A stretch of 32,000 nucleotides of DNA from Candidatus Altimarinota bacterium (GTDB lineage: Bacteria; Patescibacteriota; Gracilibacteria; UBA1369), in contig JBAZYK010000008.1 in assembly GCA_041659405.1 (NCBI GenBank), positions 30,001 through 62,000 on the forward strand. The letters are read 5' to 3'. The notes beneath the pieces were generated by a model. The model ran no database searches. It saw nothing but the letters and a program-made list of their open reading frames with translations, and was not told the DNA's origin. Positions 19,140 through 27,827 of this stretch are shown here, piece by piece; the first letter of the stretch is position 1; every line of letters starts with the position of its first letter. Both the position numbers and the translations under genes were made by a program.

Positions 19140-19338
19140 TTGCATACTTGTTCATTGGCTTATCAAAGTTTTTCTGAGGGGGTGGCTTTTTGGCGACATA
19201 TGCGAGCGCAGCCGTTCATGGCATCATGATGCCATGAACTTCGTGAGGGCGTACATGCTAGCCTCCGCGAATAGGCGAAGCGTTCACAAAAAACATTTCC
19301 CCTGAAAACTTTGATAAAGCCAGTGAACAAGTACGCAA
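19140..19338 (-). repeat. Structured repeat element, copy 2
   Basis: Bounded by TTGC...GCAA. Core 19183-19263 identical over 81 nt to copy 1. Palindrome 19214-19239. Outer arms TTGCATACTTGTTCATTGGCTTATCAAAGTTTT (19140-19172) and AAAACTTTGATAAAGCCAGTGAACAAGTACGCAA (19305-19338) complement with 2 mismatches and 1 bulge. Directly abuts the stop codon at 19339. Confidence 0.85.
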
Positions 19339-21810
19339 CTAAATCGTCACGCCGATTCTACGCATAATCTCATGATCGATAAACTCACGATCACGCCCAT
19401 ATTTAAGCCTTGAAAGCTGTTTAAATGCTTCTGCCGCTTCCATATCTCCTTTTTGAGTGTATGGATTTAATGGGACAATACTAAATGGTCGGCTTGGCTG
19501 TGTATCAATCGAAAGTTTCATTACCGCCTTGAATTTATCCAAATTAACCAGGTCCTGTTCAGAGAAAACCGGAGACATTTCTTTAGCCATATATTCAGCA
19601 TCCTGAGCGCCAATCTTATAAGCCATCATCGTTCCAACGTTACCAAACACCGCATCTTTAACCTTGGATTTTCCATCCGCGCCTTCCAACTGTTTAATGT
19701 ACTGATGCGCCATATTCAGGCCAAGACGGTACTTTCTGGCTTCAGACAAAATCGATTCAATACTATCGGTAATGTAGTTTTGGAATTCATCAATATAAAG
19801 GAAGAAATCCTTGCGCTGATCCTTGGGGATTTTTTGGCGTCTAAGCGCAGCCATTTGCAGTTTGGAAACGATAATCAAACCGATCAACTTGGAGTTAATT
19901 TCACCAACCTCACCTTTGGAAAGATTCATTAACAAGATCTTACCTTCCTGCATTACTTTCATAAAATCAAAGGCCGATTTGGTCTGTCCAATGATGTTAC
20001 GCATCATGGTGTTAGTCACGAATTGACCGAATTTAGCGGCAAAGTAGGGGATCATTTCCTGTTTTTCACGGGCACCGGTCTTGGCCATCTGGTTTTCCCA
20101 GAATGATCTAACCACCGGATTTGTCACATGTTCAACCTGTAATTTCTGAAAGTCATCATCTGTGAAAAGACGGACGATATCCGTTAAAGCGCCGCCTTCC
20201 GGATTAGCCATTAAAGTTAAGCAACCGTTACGGAAATAATCCTGAATACGTGGACCAAAGATCTCTTCATTAAAGAGTTTAATCATAATATTCATGGCAT
20301 CCGAAGCCACAAGTTCCTTTTCTTCCGGAGAATCACCTTCCAACAAATTTAAACCCATCGGACGGTCCAAATCACCTGGATTGAAGTAAATAACGTCATC
20401 CGCACGACTTCTTGGAATAAATGGCAAAATATCATCAATAAGCGATCCATGGGGATCGATCACGGCTATACCATGTCCCATTTCCAAATCCTGACGAATC
20501 ATGGTCTGGAAAATGGAAGATTTACCGGTACCGGTTTGTCCAATAACGTAAAAATGCCTAAAACGATCTTCATTCTTCAGGCGAATTTCGGTAGTAACTC
20601 CGCGGTAATAGTTGTGTCCAAGCAAAATGCCTTCCTTGGGAACATTGGCGGGAGCAGGCGCGATTTTATAGTTCTGCCAGGCAATACTTGGCGTTCTGTT
20701 ATAACGAATATTTGGAAGATGAAATAAAGATGCCACTTCGTCGGAAGCCAAAAGCATCTTTTTATGACTGAGCACCTGTGTCCAGGGTTTGCTAAAATGG
20801 CGGAAAATATAATCCTTGATGATTTTTTTCTCGGAAGCATATTTGCTATGCTCAAAAGAATTCGCCGCCGGTGAGTTATATTGGGCAAAGGCACTGCGAA
20901 TACTGGTTAACTGGGCGCGAGCCTCACGTTCGGTCTCCGAAGCTGTTATAAGGCGAATAATAGTTTCAAAACCGACTTTGGAATTTTTTTCTTCCATGGC
21001 TTTGACCTCTTCATCGGTCATTGGAGTCGTTCGGCTGCTTTCGGCCGGTTTGCTCTCTTCCACCTTGCCATGCACAAAAAAGTCGAATAATGCGGAAATC
21101 CAGCTCAAAGGATTTAAGCCGGAAAACCCATGTTTTTTTTGATTCAAAATATCTTTAGCCTCTTCACGGCCTTTGTGTTGCCAATGATTATCTTTCGGCT
21201 TAACCATAATCTGAATGGCCGCACCTTCGTTCGGGCCCAATTTGGAAAGAGCATTGGTCAAATTGTTCACCGGATCGGAATTAAGCCGGCTATAGCTCCT
21301 AAAAGGGAACATATAGTGCTTTTTCAGCTGCATGTAGCAGGCCGCAAACTTGGAATCCGGTTTAAAAATATTGTAATCGGGTACTTTTTCAACGTAACAT
21401 TCCGGATAAAAACTCGTAATTTGCTTTTCAATCAGGCTCACCAAGTCTCTTGGGACCACCAGATAAAAATAAATCAGATTATCAATAACCGCATATTCAA
21501 AAGACAAAAAGTCCTGGCCGGTAAAATAATGTGTAAAGCCTTTTATGTAGATACTGTGCAAAGATTCAAACATATGGGTCGCAATGCCCAAAACCTCTTT
21601 AAAATCCTTTGAAGCCGAAAAAGAAGCCTGTTCCTGCTCCAGATCTTCTTTGGATTCACGCTTTGGAATTTGGATCTTTAAAAACACCATATTCAGCGAT
21701 CTATGCTGATCTTGGTGATGATGGATTTCGTATTTAACAAAGACAAAAAACAAATAAAACGCAACCGCCGTGGAAATCCCCAGTAATAAATTTAAAAAGA
21801 AATCTTGCAT
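19339..21810 (-). CDS. Membrane-anchored type IV secretion/conjugative-transfer-type ATPase (VirD4/TraG-like)
   Basis: N-terminal TM helix. Walker A FYVIGQTGTGKSSIFQTMIRQDL; VIDPHGSLIDDILPFIP; GKILLMNLSKGEVGEINSKLIGLIIVSKL; Walker B-like FFLYIDEFQNYITDSIESILSEARKYRLGLNMAHQYIKQL. Confidence 0.85.
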   Translation of the reverse strand: MQDFFLNLLLGISTAVAFYLFFVFVKYEIHHHQDQHRSLNMVFLKIQIPKRESKEDLEQEQASFSASKDFKEVLGIATHMFESLHSIYIKGFTHYFTGQDFLSFEYAVIDNLIYFYLVVPRDLVSLIEKQITSFYPECYVEKVPDYNIFKPDSKFAACYMQLKKHYMFPFRSYSRLNSDPVNNLTNALSKLGPNEGAAIQIMVKPKDNHWQHKGREEAKDILNQKKHGFSGLNPLSWISALFDFFVHGKVEESKPAESSRTTPMTDEEVKAMEEKNSKVGFETIIRLITASETEREARAQLTSIRSAFAQYNSPAANSFEHSKYASEKKIIKDYIFRHFSKPWTQVLSHKKMLLASDEVASLFHLPNIRYNRTPSIAWQNYKIAPAPANVPKEGILLGHNYYRGVTTEIRLKNEDRFRHFYVIGQTGTGKSSIFQTMIRQDLEMGHGIAVIDPHGSLIDDILPFIPRSRADDVIYFNPGDLDRPMGLNLLEGDSPEEKELVASDAMNIMIKLFNEEIFGPRIQDYFRNGCLTLMANPEGGALTDIVRLFTDDDFQKLQVEHVTNPVVRSFWENQMAKTGAREKQEMIPYFAAKFGQFVTNTMMRNIIGQTKSAFDFMKVMQEGKILLMNLSKGEVGEINSKLIGLIIVSKLQMAALRRQKIPKDQRKDFFLYIDEFQNYITDSIESILSEARKYRLGLNMAHQYIKQLEGADGKSKVKDAVFGNVGTMMAYKIGAQDAEYMAKEMSPVFSEQDLVNLDKFKAVMKLSIDTQPSRPFSIVPLNPYTQKGDMEAAEAFKQLSRLKYGRDREFIDHEIMRRIGVTI

Positions 21811-21831
21811 AATTAGTTATTTATTCCATCT

Positions 21832-21837
21832 ATTATA
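21832..21837 (-). promoter_or_regulatory. Candidate -10 box for the VirD4/TraG-like gene
   Basis: Minus strand TATAAT about 22 nt upstream of the ATG at 21810. Confidence 0.4.
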
Positions 21838-21900
21838 CTGGAAAAAGCCAAAAAATCATAGTCCCAAAGCCCCAAACGAGCAAATTCCAAACAGTCGCAT

Positions 21901-23673
21901 CTACTTTTTCGGTAAATCAATGCGAATATGCAGCTCTGCAATTTGTTCATCCGGCATTTCCGAAGGTGCATTCAGCATTAGATCTTTTGCCTTTTGATCC
22001 TTAGGAAAAGCCATAACCTCGCGAATATTGGCCTCATCCTGGAATAGCATAATCAGGCGGTCAATTCCCCAGGCAATACCACCATGTGGAGGAGCTCCAA
22101 ATTCAAACGCGTGTAAAAGATGACCAAATCTTCTTTGCGCGTCGTCTTTGCTAATTCCTAAAGTATCAAAAATCTTGCTTTGAAGTTCCGGTGTATGAAT
22201 TCTGATACTGCCGCCACCAATTTCATTGCCGTTCAAAGCCAAATCATAAGCCTTAGCCCTAACTTTTTCCGGCGCGGTATCCAACATGGCCACATCTTCG
22301 TCTTTTGGACTCGTAAACGGATGATGAGCCGAATTTAGGCGCTGTTCCGTTGCGCTCCACTCAAAAAGAGGGAAGTCGTAAACCCAACAAAACGCAAAAA
22401 CATTATTATCACGTAAATTCATTTTATCGCCGCAAGCCAAACGGATTTTGCCCAAGACCTCACAAACCTTCAAAAACTCACCGGCCCCAAAGAAAATAAT
22501 ATCACCGCTTTGAGCCTTAGTTTTTTCAACAAGTGCCTTAACCTCTTCATCTTTAAAGAATTTGAGTAATGACGATTTTGGTCCTTCCGGCGCGATTTGA
22601 ATATAAGCCAAACCTTTTGCCCCAAAGGATTGGGCCAGTTCGGTTAATTCATCAATTTCTTTACGTGTGAATTTATTGCCGCCTTCAACTTTCAAAGCAC
22701 GAACCACGCCACCTGCTTTTACGGCATCGGCAAAAACTTTAAATCCGGATTCTTTTACCAAATCACTTACATCAACAATTTCCATCCCAAAACGAATATC
22801 AGGCTTGTCTGAGCCATATTTATCCATGGATTCCTGCCAGGTCATACGTGGAAAAGGTTTTTTCTGGATTTTTTTATGAGGAACCAAAGTTTCAACCAGG
22901 TTAATCATTAACTCTTCATTGAGTTGAATAATGTCTTCCTGTTCAATAAAAGACATCTCCACATCCAATTGCGTAAACTCAGGCTGGCGATCTCCGCGTT
23001 GATCTTCATCACGGAAACAGCGCGCAATTTGGAAATAACGATCCATGGAAGCCACCATTAAAAGCTGTTTCAATTGCTGTGGTGATTGAGGCAGCACAAA
23101 AAACTTTCCCGGATACAGGCGTGAAGGAACCAGATATTCACGGCTTCCTTCCGGCGTTCCCTTAATCAAAATCGGAGTTTCTATTTCCAAAAAACCTTTG
23201 CTGTCCATATAATCACGAATTTTTTTGATCACGTTGTGGCGCATAATCAGGTTATTCTTCATGCGCTCACGACGAATATCCAAATAACGATACTTCAAAC
23301 GCAACTCTTCATTGACCTCTTTATCCTGATCAATTTCAAATGGTGGAGTCTTGGAACGATTCAAAATTTCGGCACTATTAACAACCACTTCAATTCCTCC
23401 AGTCGTCATCTTGGAATTCTTCATTCCCTCAGGCCTCTTGCGGACACTTCCTTCAATTTTCAAAACAAACTCACTGCGGGCCTCATCCAGAATTTTATAT
23501 CCTTCCGGAGAAACCGTTGGATCAGCGGCAACTTGAGTCAACCCATAACGATCACGCAAATCAATAAAAATCATTCCACCATGATCACGTCGACGATGGA
23601 CCCATCCACAAAGCGTCACTTTTTGATCAACATTAGTTTCAGTTAGTTCATTACAGGTATGAGTTCGGAGCAT
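21901..23673 (-). CDS. aspS: Aspartyl-tRNA synthetase
   Basis: MLRTHTCNELTETNVDQKVTLCGWVHRRRDHGGMIFIDLRDR; class II motifs including QSPQQLKQLLMVASMDRYFQIARCFRDEDQRGDRQPEFTQLD and GGIAWGIDRLIMLF. Confidence 0.97.
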   Translation of the reverse strand: MLRTHTCNELTETNVDQKVTLCGWVHRRRDHGGMIFIDLRDRYGLTQVAADPTVSPEGYKILDEARSEFVLKIEGSVRKRPEGMKNSKMTTGGIEVVVNSAEILNRSKTPPFEIDQDKEVNEELRLKYRYLDIRRERMKNNLIMRHNVIKKIRDYMDSKGFLEIETPILIKGTPEGSREYLVPSRLYPGKFFVLPQSPQQLKQLLMVASMDRYFQIARCFRDEDQRGDRQPEFTQLDVEMSFIEQEDIIQLNEELMINLVETLVPHKKIQKKPFPRMTWQESMDKYGSDKPDIRFGMEIVDVSDLVKESGFKVFADAVKAGGVVRALKVEGGNKFTRKEIDELTELAQSFGAKGLAYIQIAPEGPKSSLLKFFKDEEVKALVEKTKAQSGDIIFFGAGEFLKVCEVLGKIRLACGDKMNLRDNNVFAFCWVYDFPLFEWSATEQRLNSAHHPFTSPKDEDVAMLDTAPEKVRAKAYDLALNGNEIGGGSIRIHTPELQSKIFDTLGISKDDAQRRFGHLLHAFEFGAPPHGGIAWGIDRLIMLFQDEANIREVMAFPKDQKAKDLMLNAPSEMPDEQIAELHIRIDLPKK

Positions 23674-23701
23674 AAAAATTCATTAGCAAACGCCCTACAT
23701 C

Positions 23702-26700
23702 TTAACTCAACATAACGTTAAGTTCTAGCTTAAGTTCATCACTCAAATTAATGCCAAAAGGAAGCTTTAATCGTTTTTGCCCCAAAAGAATTTCCACCTT
23801 TCTTTCACCGGGATAGCGCAAAAGCAGCTGTTTTAAATCTTCCATTTTTTTCAATTGAAAATGCGGCGGAATCGTCACGCAAAATGGATCTTCCTGCCAT
23901 GGCTCCAAATTTTGAGCGGCAGAACTTTCATCTGGTGCGTGGGTCACCGGCTCTTCCATTAAAGGATCTTCCACGGCTACAGGATCAGGAGTTAAGGTCT
24001 TTTGTTTGCGGCTCATTTTTTCTTTAGGATCGTACATGTTGAGTTCCTGAGCATTTCTGATCATGCTATCCAAAGAAACCGCCTTGGCTGTGTTGACCGA
24101 AAATTGCAGACTATCGCGTCGCAAATCCAAACGGCCTTCCATAATCAAAAGCTGGTCCTCTTTAATAAGCTCGCCATATAGTTGATAAACTTTTGGAAAA
24201 ACCACAAACTCGATTCTGCCTGTTGGATCCTCAACTTCGCCATAAACCATATAAGCGCCACTTTTGGTAAAAACCTTTTTTGCTTTTGTTATAATTCCGC
24301 CAATTTTAACCAATTTACCAACGTGTTTTTTGGCTAAAGAGTCAATAATATTAACTTTTTTGGACAGATATTTTTTTAAACCTCTCAGTGGATGACCGGA
24401 AACAAAAAGTCCCATATATTTTTTCTCCCATGACAATCTTTCCATCAAACTGGTTGGAGCGGCTTTCTTTAGAGTAAAAGTCTGAGTAGAAGACTCCTGC
24501 ACTTCCTCCATCATTCCAAAAATATCAGTTTGGCCTTGCGCGCTAACCTCATGGGCAAATTTTGAAAACTTCGACATTGCTTCAAAACCTTCGGCCAATG
24601 ATTTACGGTCCCCAAGTTCATCCAAAGCCCCGGAATAAGCCAAAGCTTCAATCGTTTTTTTATTGATAAGTTTGGCCGGAGCGCGCTTTAAAAATTCTTC
24701 AATCGTTGTGAATTTACCACCTTTTCTCACTTCGATTAGGTCCAAAATAACGCCTTCACCAAGCCCTTTTATGGCTGTTAAACCAAAGCGAATCGTTTTT
24801 TCATCAACAACCGTAAAATTCGCGAAAGAATCATTTATCGAAGGAGGAAGTACCGCAATTCCCATTTCATTACATTCATTCATTTCCAAAACGACCCGTT
24901 CGGTATTGTCATAATCCGATGAAAGCAGCGCCGCCATAAACTCAATCGGATAATGCGATTTTAAATAGGCGGTTTGATAAGAAATCATGGCATAACAAGC
25001 CGCATGAGCTTTGTTGAAACCATAACCCGCAAACGGCTCAATAACCTTCTCGAAAACCTCTTTTGCAAACTTTTCTCCATGTCCCTGCCCGATTGCTCCT
25101 TTCACAAATTTCTCTTTTTGCTCATTTAAAAGTGCCAGAATCTTTTTACCCACCGCTTTACGCAAAAGATCAGCTTCCCCCAATGAAAATCCGGCAAAAT
25201 CGCGGGCAATTTGTAAAATTTGTTCCTGATAAATCGCCACGCCATTGGTTTCATTCAAAATTTTCTCGAACGAAGGATGAAAATATCTTATACTGCTTGG
25301 ATCGTGTTTTCCTTTAATATACTGCGGAATCCACTCCATTGGACCGGGACGATAAAGCGAAATCATCGCAATAATATCTTCAAAACGGGTCGGTTTTAAC
25401 TCGCGAATATATCTTCTCATGCCGGGGGATTCCAATTGAAAAACGCCGGTAGTATCGCCTTTTTGCAAAAGATCAAAACTGGCGGCATCATCCATCGGAA
25501 TAGTTTCAAGCACAAAATCAATGTCATGCCTGAATTTTATCAATTGCAGTGTTCTTTGGATGATACTCAGGTTTTTTAAGCCCAAAAAGTCCATTTTCAA
25601 AAGACCAATCTCCTCAATCGGCTTCATTGAATATTGAGTGATCACTTCTTCGCCGCCACCGGTTGACCTTTGTACGGGACAATAATTGATCAATGGCAAT
25701 TCAGACATCACCACCGCCGAAGCATGAGTTCCGGCATGACGCACAGTTCCTTCCAATTGAATCGCATTGTCTAAAAGTGCCTTTGTTCTTGGCTCGCTTC
25801 TATAAACCGCGCTCAATTCCGAGCTTTCTTCAACGGAAACCTTTAAAGGTGAATGTTTCCCCAAAATTGGCATCGGAATAAGTTTGGAAATACGGTCAAC
25901 TTCAGCATAAGGATAACCCATCGCACGACCAACATCTCTTACCGCCGCTTTAGCCGCCATGGTTCCAAAAGTGATAATCTGCGCCACACAATCTTTGCCA
26001 TATTTTTCCGTAACATAAGCCAAAACCTCGTCTCTTCTGGTATCCGCAAAATCAATATCAATATCCGGCATACTCACACGTTCCGGATTCAAGAAGCGTT
26101 CAAAAATCAGCCCATATTTTAAAGGATCAAGCTGCGTAATATTTAAAGTATAAGTAATGAGCGATCCCGCCGCCGAACCACGACCCGGCCCCACTGTAAT
26201 TCCCTGATCCTTGGCAAATCTCACAAAATCCCAAACAATCAAAAAGTAATCGTCAAAGCCCATCTTATGGACAATTCCAAGCTCATAATTTAGCTGAGCG
26301 ATGGCTTTTTCCGGTGTTGGATCCCCAAATTTCTTTTTAAGCCCCTCTTCACACAATTTTCTAAGATATGATTCCGAAGTTTCATTACCCGGTTTCTTAA
26401 AAATAGGAATAAGACTCGCCCCAAGTTCAATCGTAAGATCGCATCGTTCCGCTATTTTCGCCGTATTATCAATCGCTTCGGGAACATGCGCAAAAACCCG
26501 GCGCATTTCTTCTTCACTTTGCATCGAAAAATCGCCATCAAATTTCATTCTATTTTCCACTTCCAGGGTCGTTTGAGTCTGAATACAAAGCAAAATATCC
26601 TGTGCCAGCGCATCTCCTTTTTTTACATAATGAGAATCCTGAGTAGCCACCAAAGGCGCCCCGGTTATTTTAGAAAGCTCAATCAAGCGGTCATTTAAGA

Positions 26701-27253
26701 CCTTTTGTTCGTCCAGTTGAGGATGATCCTGCAATTCCAAATAAAAATTCTCTACGCCAAAAATATCCTGATAACTGCGAATAACTTCAATTTGCTTTGC
26801 CTCGTTATCGTTCAAAACAGCCTGGGCAACCTCACCGGCCAGACACGAACTTAAGGCAATCAGACCTTTACTATGGGCTTTCATTAAGCCATGATCCATT
26901 CTTGGCTTGTAATAAAAACCTTCCAAATGTGCCTTGGAAACAAGCTCCATTAAGTTTTTATAACCCTCAAAATTTTGCGCTAACAAAATAAGATGGAACG
27001 GTTTGCTTTCGGTTCTTGGAGCCCGATCAAAACGTGACCCCGGCGCAACATAAACCTCACAACCAATAATTGGCTTAATGCCTTCAGCTTTTGCCGCTTT
27101 ATAAAACTCAATTGCGCCATATAAAACCCCATGATCAGTCATGGCCACAGCCGGAAAGCCCAGCTCCTTAGCCCTTTGGACGATTTTTTTAGGAGTCCCC
27201 AGTCCATCAAGCAGACTGTAATGAGAATGAACGTGAAGAGGTACGTAAGCCAT
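23702..27253 (-). CDS. dnaE: DNA polymerase III subunit alpha
   Basis: PHP domain start AYVPLHVHSHYSLLDGLGTPKK; GPGRGSAAGSLITYTLNIT; ERFLNPERVSMPDIDIDFAD; C-terminal OB fold. ATG at 27253 is preferred over 27283. Confidence 0.96.
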   Translation of the reverse strand: MAYVPLHVHSHYSLLDGLGTPKKIVQRAKELGFPAVAMTDHGVLYGAIEFYKAAKAEGIKPIIGCEVYVAPGSRFDRAPRTESKPFHLILLAQNFEGYKNLMELVSKAHLEGFYYKPRMDHGLMKAHSKGLIALSSCLAGEVAQAVLNDNEAKQIEVIRSYQDIFGVENFYLELQDHPQLDEQKVLNDRLIELSKITGAPLVATQDSHYVKKGDALAQDILLCIQTQTTLEVENRMKFDGDFSMQSEEEMRRVFAHVPEAIDNTAKIAERCDLTIELGASLIPIFKKPGNETSESYLRKLCEEGLKKKFGDPTPEKAIAQLNYELGIVHKMGFDDYFLIVWDFVRFAKDQGITVGPGRGSAAGSLITYTLNITQLDPLKYGLIFERFLNPERVSMPDIDIDFADTRRDEVLAYVTEKYGKDCVAQIITFGTMAAKAAVRDVGRAMGYPYAEVDRISKLIPMPILGKHSPLKVSVEESSELSAVYRSEPRTKALLDNAIQLEGTVRHAGTHASAVVMSELPLINYCPVQRSTGGGEEVITQYSMKPIEEIGLLKMDFLGLKNLSIIQRTLQLIKFRHDIDFVLETIPMDDAASFDLLQKGDTTGVFQLESPGMRRYIRELKPTRFEDIIAMISLYRPGPMEWIPQYIKGKHDPSSIRYFHPSFEKILNETNGVAIYQEQILQIARDFAGFSLGEADLLRKAVGKKILALLNEQKEKFVKGAIGQGHGEKFAKEVFEKVIEPFAGYGFNKAHAACYAMISYQTAYLKSHYPIEFMAALLSSDYDNTERVVLEMNECNEMGIAVLPPSINDSFANFTVVDEKTIRFGLTAIKGLGEGVILDLIEVRKGGKFTTIEEFLKRAPAKLINKKTIEALAYSGALDELGDRKSLAEGFEAMSKFSKFAHEVSAQGQTDIFGMMEEVQESSTQTFTLKKAAPTSLMERLSWEKKYMGLFVSGHPLRGLKKYLSKKVNIIDSLAKKHVGKLVKIGGIITKAKKVFTKSGAYMVYGEVEDPTGRIEFVVFPKVYQLYGELIKEDQLLIMEGRLDLRRDSLQFSVNTAKAVSLDSMIRNAQELNMYDPKEKMSRKQKTLTPDPVAVEDPLMEEPVTHAPDESSAAQNLEPWQEDPFCVTIPPHFQLKKMEDLKQLLLRYPGERKVEILLGQKRLKLPFGINLSDELKLELNVMLS

Positions 27254-27301
27254 GAAAAGTTCAAAATAAAAATTTTTCCACAAATTTTAAATTCCCTGCG
27301 C

Positions 27302-27310
27302 ATTTTAACA
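27302..27310 (-). promoter_or_regulatory. Candidate extended -10 for dnaE
   Basis: Minus strand TGTTAAAAT about 48 nt upstream of the ATG at 27253. Confidence 0.4.
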
Positions 27311-27330
27311 CAAAAAATTAAAAAAGCATG

Positions 27331-27429
27331 AGCGGAGGGAAGTTTGAGCAAATTGAGGATTTTTGAACTTACGGGTCTCGCGGGCCCCGAAGTGAAAAAA
27401 TCCGAATAGTGCGAAAACTTTCCGCAGCG
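27331..27429. repeat. Long imperfect inverted repeat in the tRNA-Leu/dnaE intergenic region
   Basis: 40-nt arms 27331-27370 and 27390-27429 align without gaps at roughly two thirds complementarity. The inner GGATTTTTGAACTT/AAGTGAAAAAATCC matches 12/14. A 19-nt GC-rich loop separates them. Confidence 0.5.
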
Positions 27430-27453
27430 AATACATTGCCCTTTTCGAAAATA

Positions 27454-27483
27454 TTAAAAACCTTTTAGGGAAAAGGTTTTTAA
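27454..27483 (-). terminator. Rho-independent terminator downstream of tRNA-Leu
   Basis: TTAAAAACCTTTT-AGGG-AAAAGGTTTTTAA: 13-bp perfect stem immediately 3' of the tRNA. The stem is AT-rich, so its strength is uncertain. Confidence 0.6.
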
Positions 27484-27486
27484 ATT

Positions 27487-27571
27487 TGGTGCCGGGGAGA
27501 GGACTCGAACCTCCACGCCTTGTGGGCGTCAGCTCCTAAGGCTGATGCGTCTGCCATTTCGCCACCCCGGC
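27487..27571 (-). tRNA. tRNA-Leu (anticodon UAG), encoded CCA
   Basis: Minus strand: GCCGGGG TG GCGAAATGGCAGACGC A TCAGC CTTAGGA GCTGA CGCCCACAAGGCGT GGAGG TTCGAGT CCTCT CCCCGGC A CCA; class II long variable arm. Confidence 0.96.
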
Positions 27572-27645
27572 CTTTTCACACTGGCCCATATTAGCAAACT
27601 TTCCCCCAAGGTAAAAAGGGATAATTTCAATCCAAAGCTAATAGC

Positions 27646-27674
27646 TTGACAAACCAAAAGTTAAGTTGTAATAT
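27646..27674 (+). promoter_or_regulatory. Strong consensus promoter for the sigma-region-4/HARE-HTH-like gene
   Basis: TTGACA (27646-27651), 17-nt spacer, TAATAT (27669-27674). It implies a 5' UTR of about 145 nt to the ATG at 27828. Confidence 0.8.
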
Positions 27675-27827
27675 AAATACCTTTTCTTGCGAGAGAAGTG
27701 TAAAGCTACAAGCTTGCGTGAAGATCAAATTTCTTTCTTGACACTATCATTCTTTACGCCTAAGCTCATACTATCTGCACAGGAAATCTTAAACCAAAAT
27801 TCTTCTAAAATCTTTAACTGCGAACCC

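Noticed and set aside
17191-19338. Interpretation of the repeats as integron attC sites
   Set aside because: The position just 3' of genes is cassette-like, but I see no GTTRRRY/RYYYAAC terminal boxes and no integrase, and the conserved part is the central core rather than the terminal R boxes. Kept only as an analogy.
19339-21810. Integrative conjugative element or plasmid insertion
   Set aside because: Only a single VirD4/TraG-like ATPase is present among housekeeping genes, with no relaxase, VirB4, integrase or att-like tRNA repeat.
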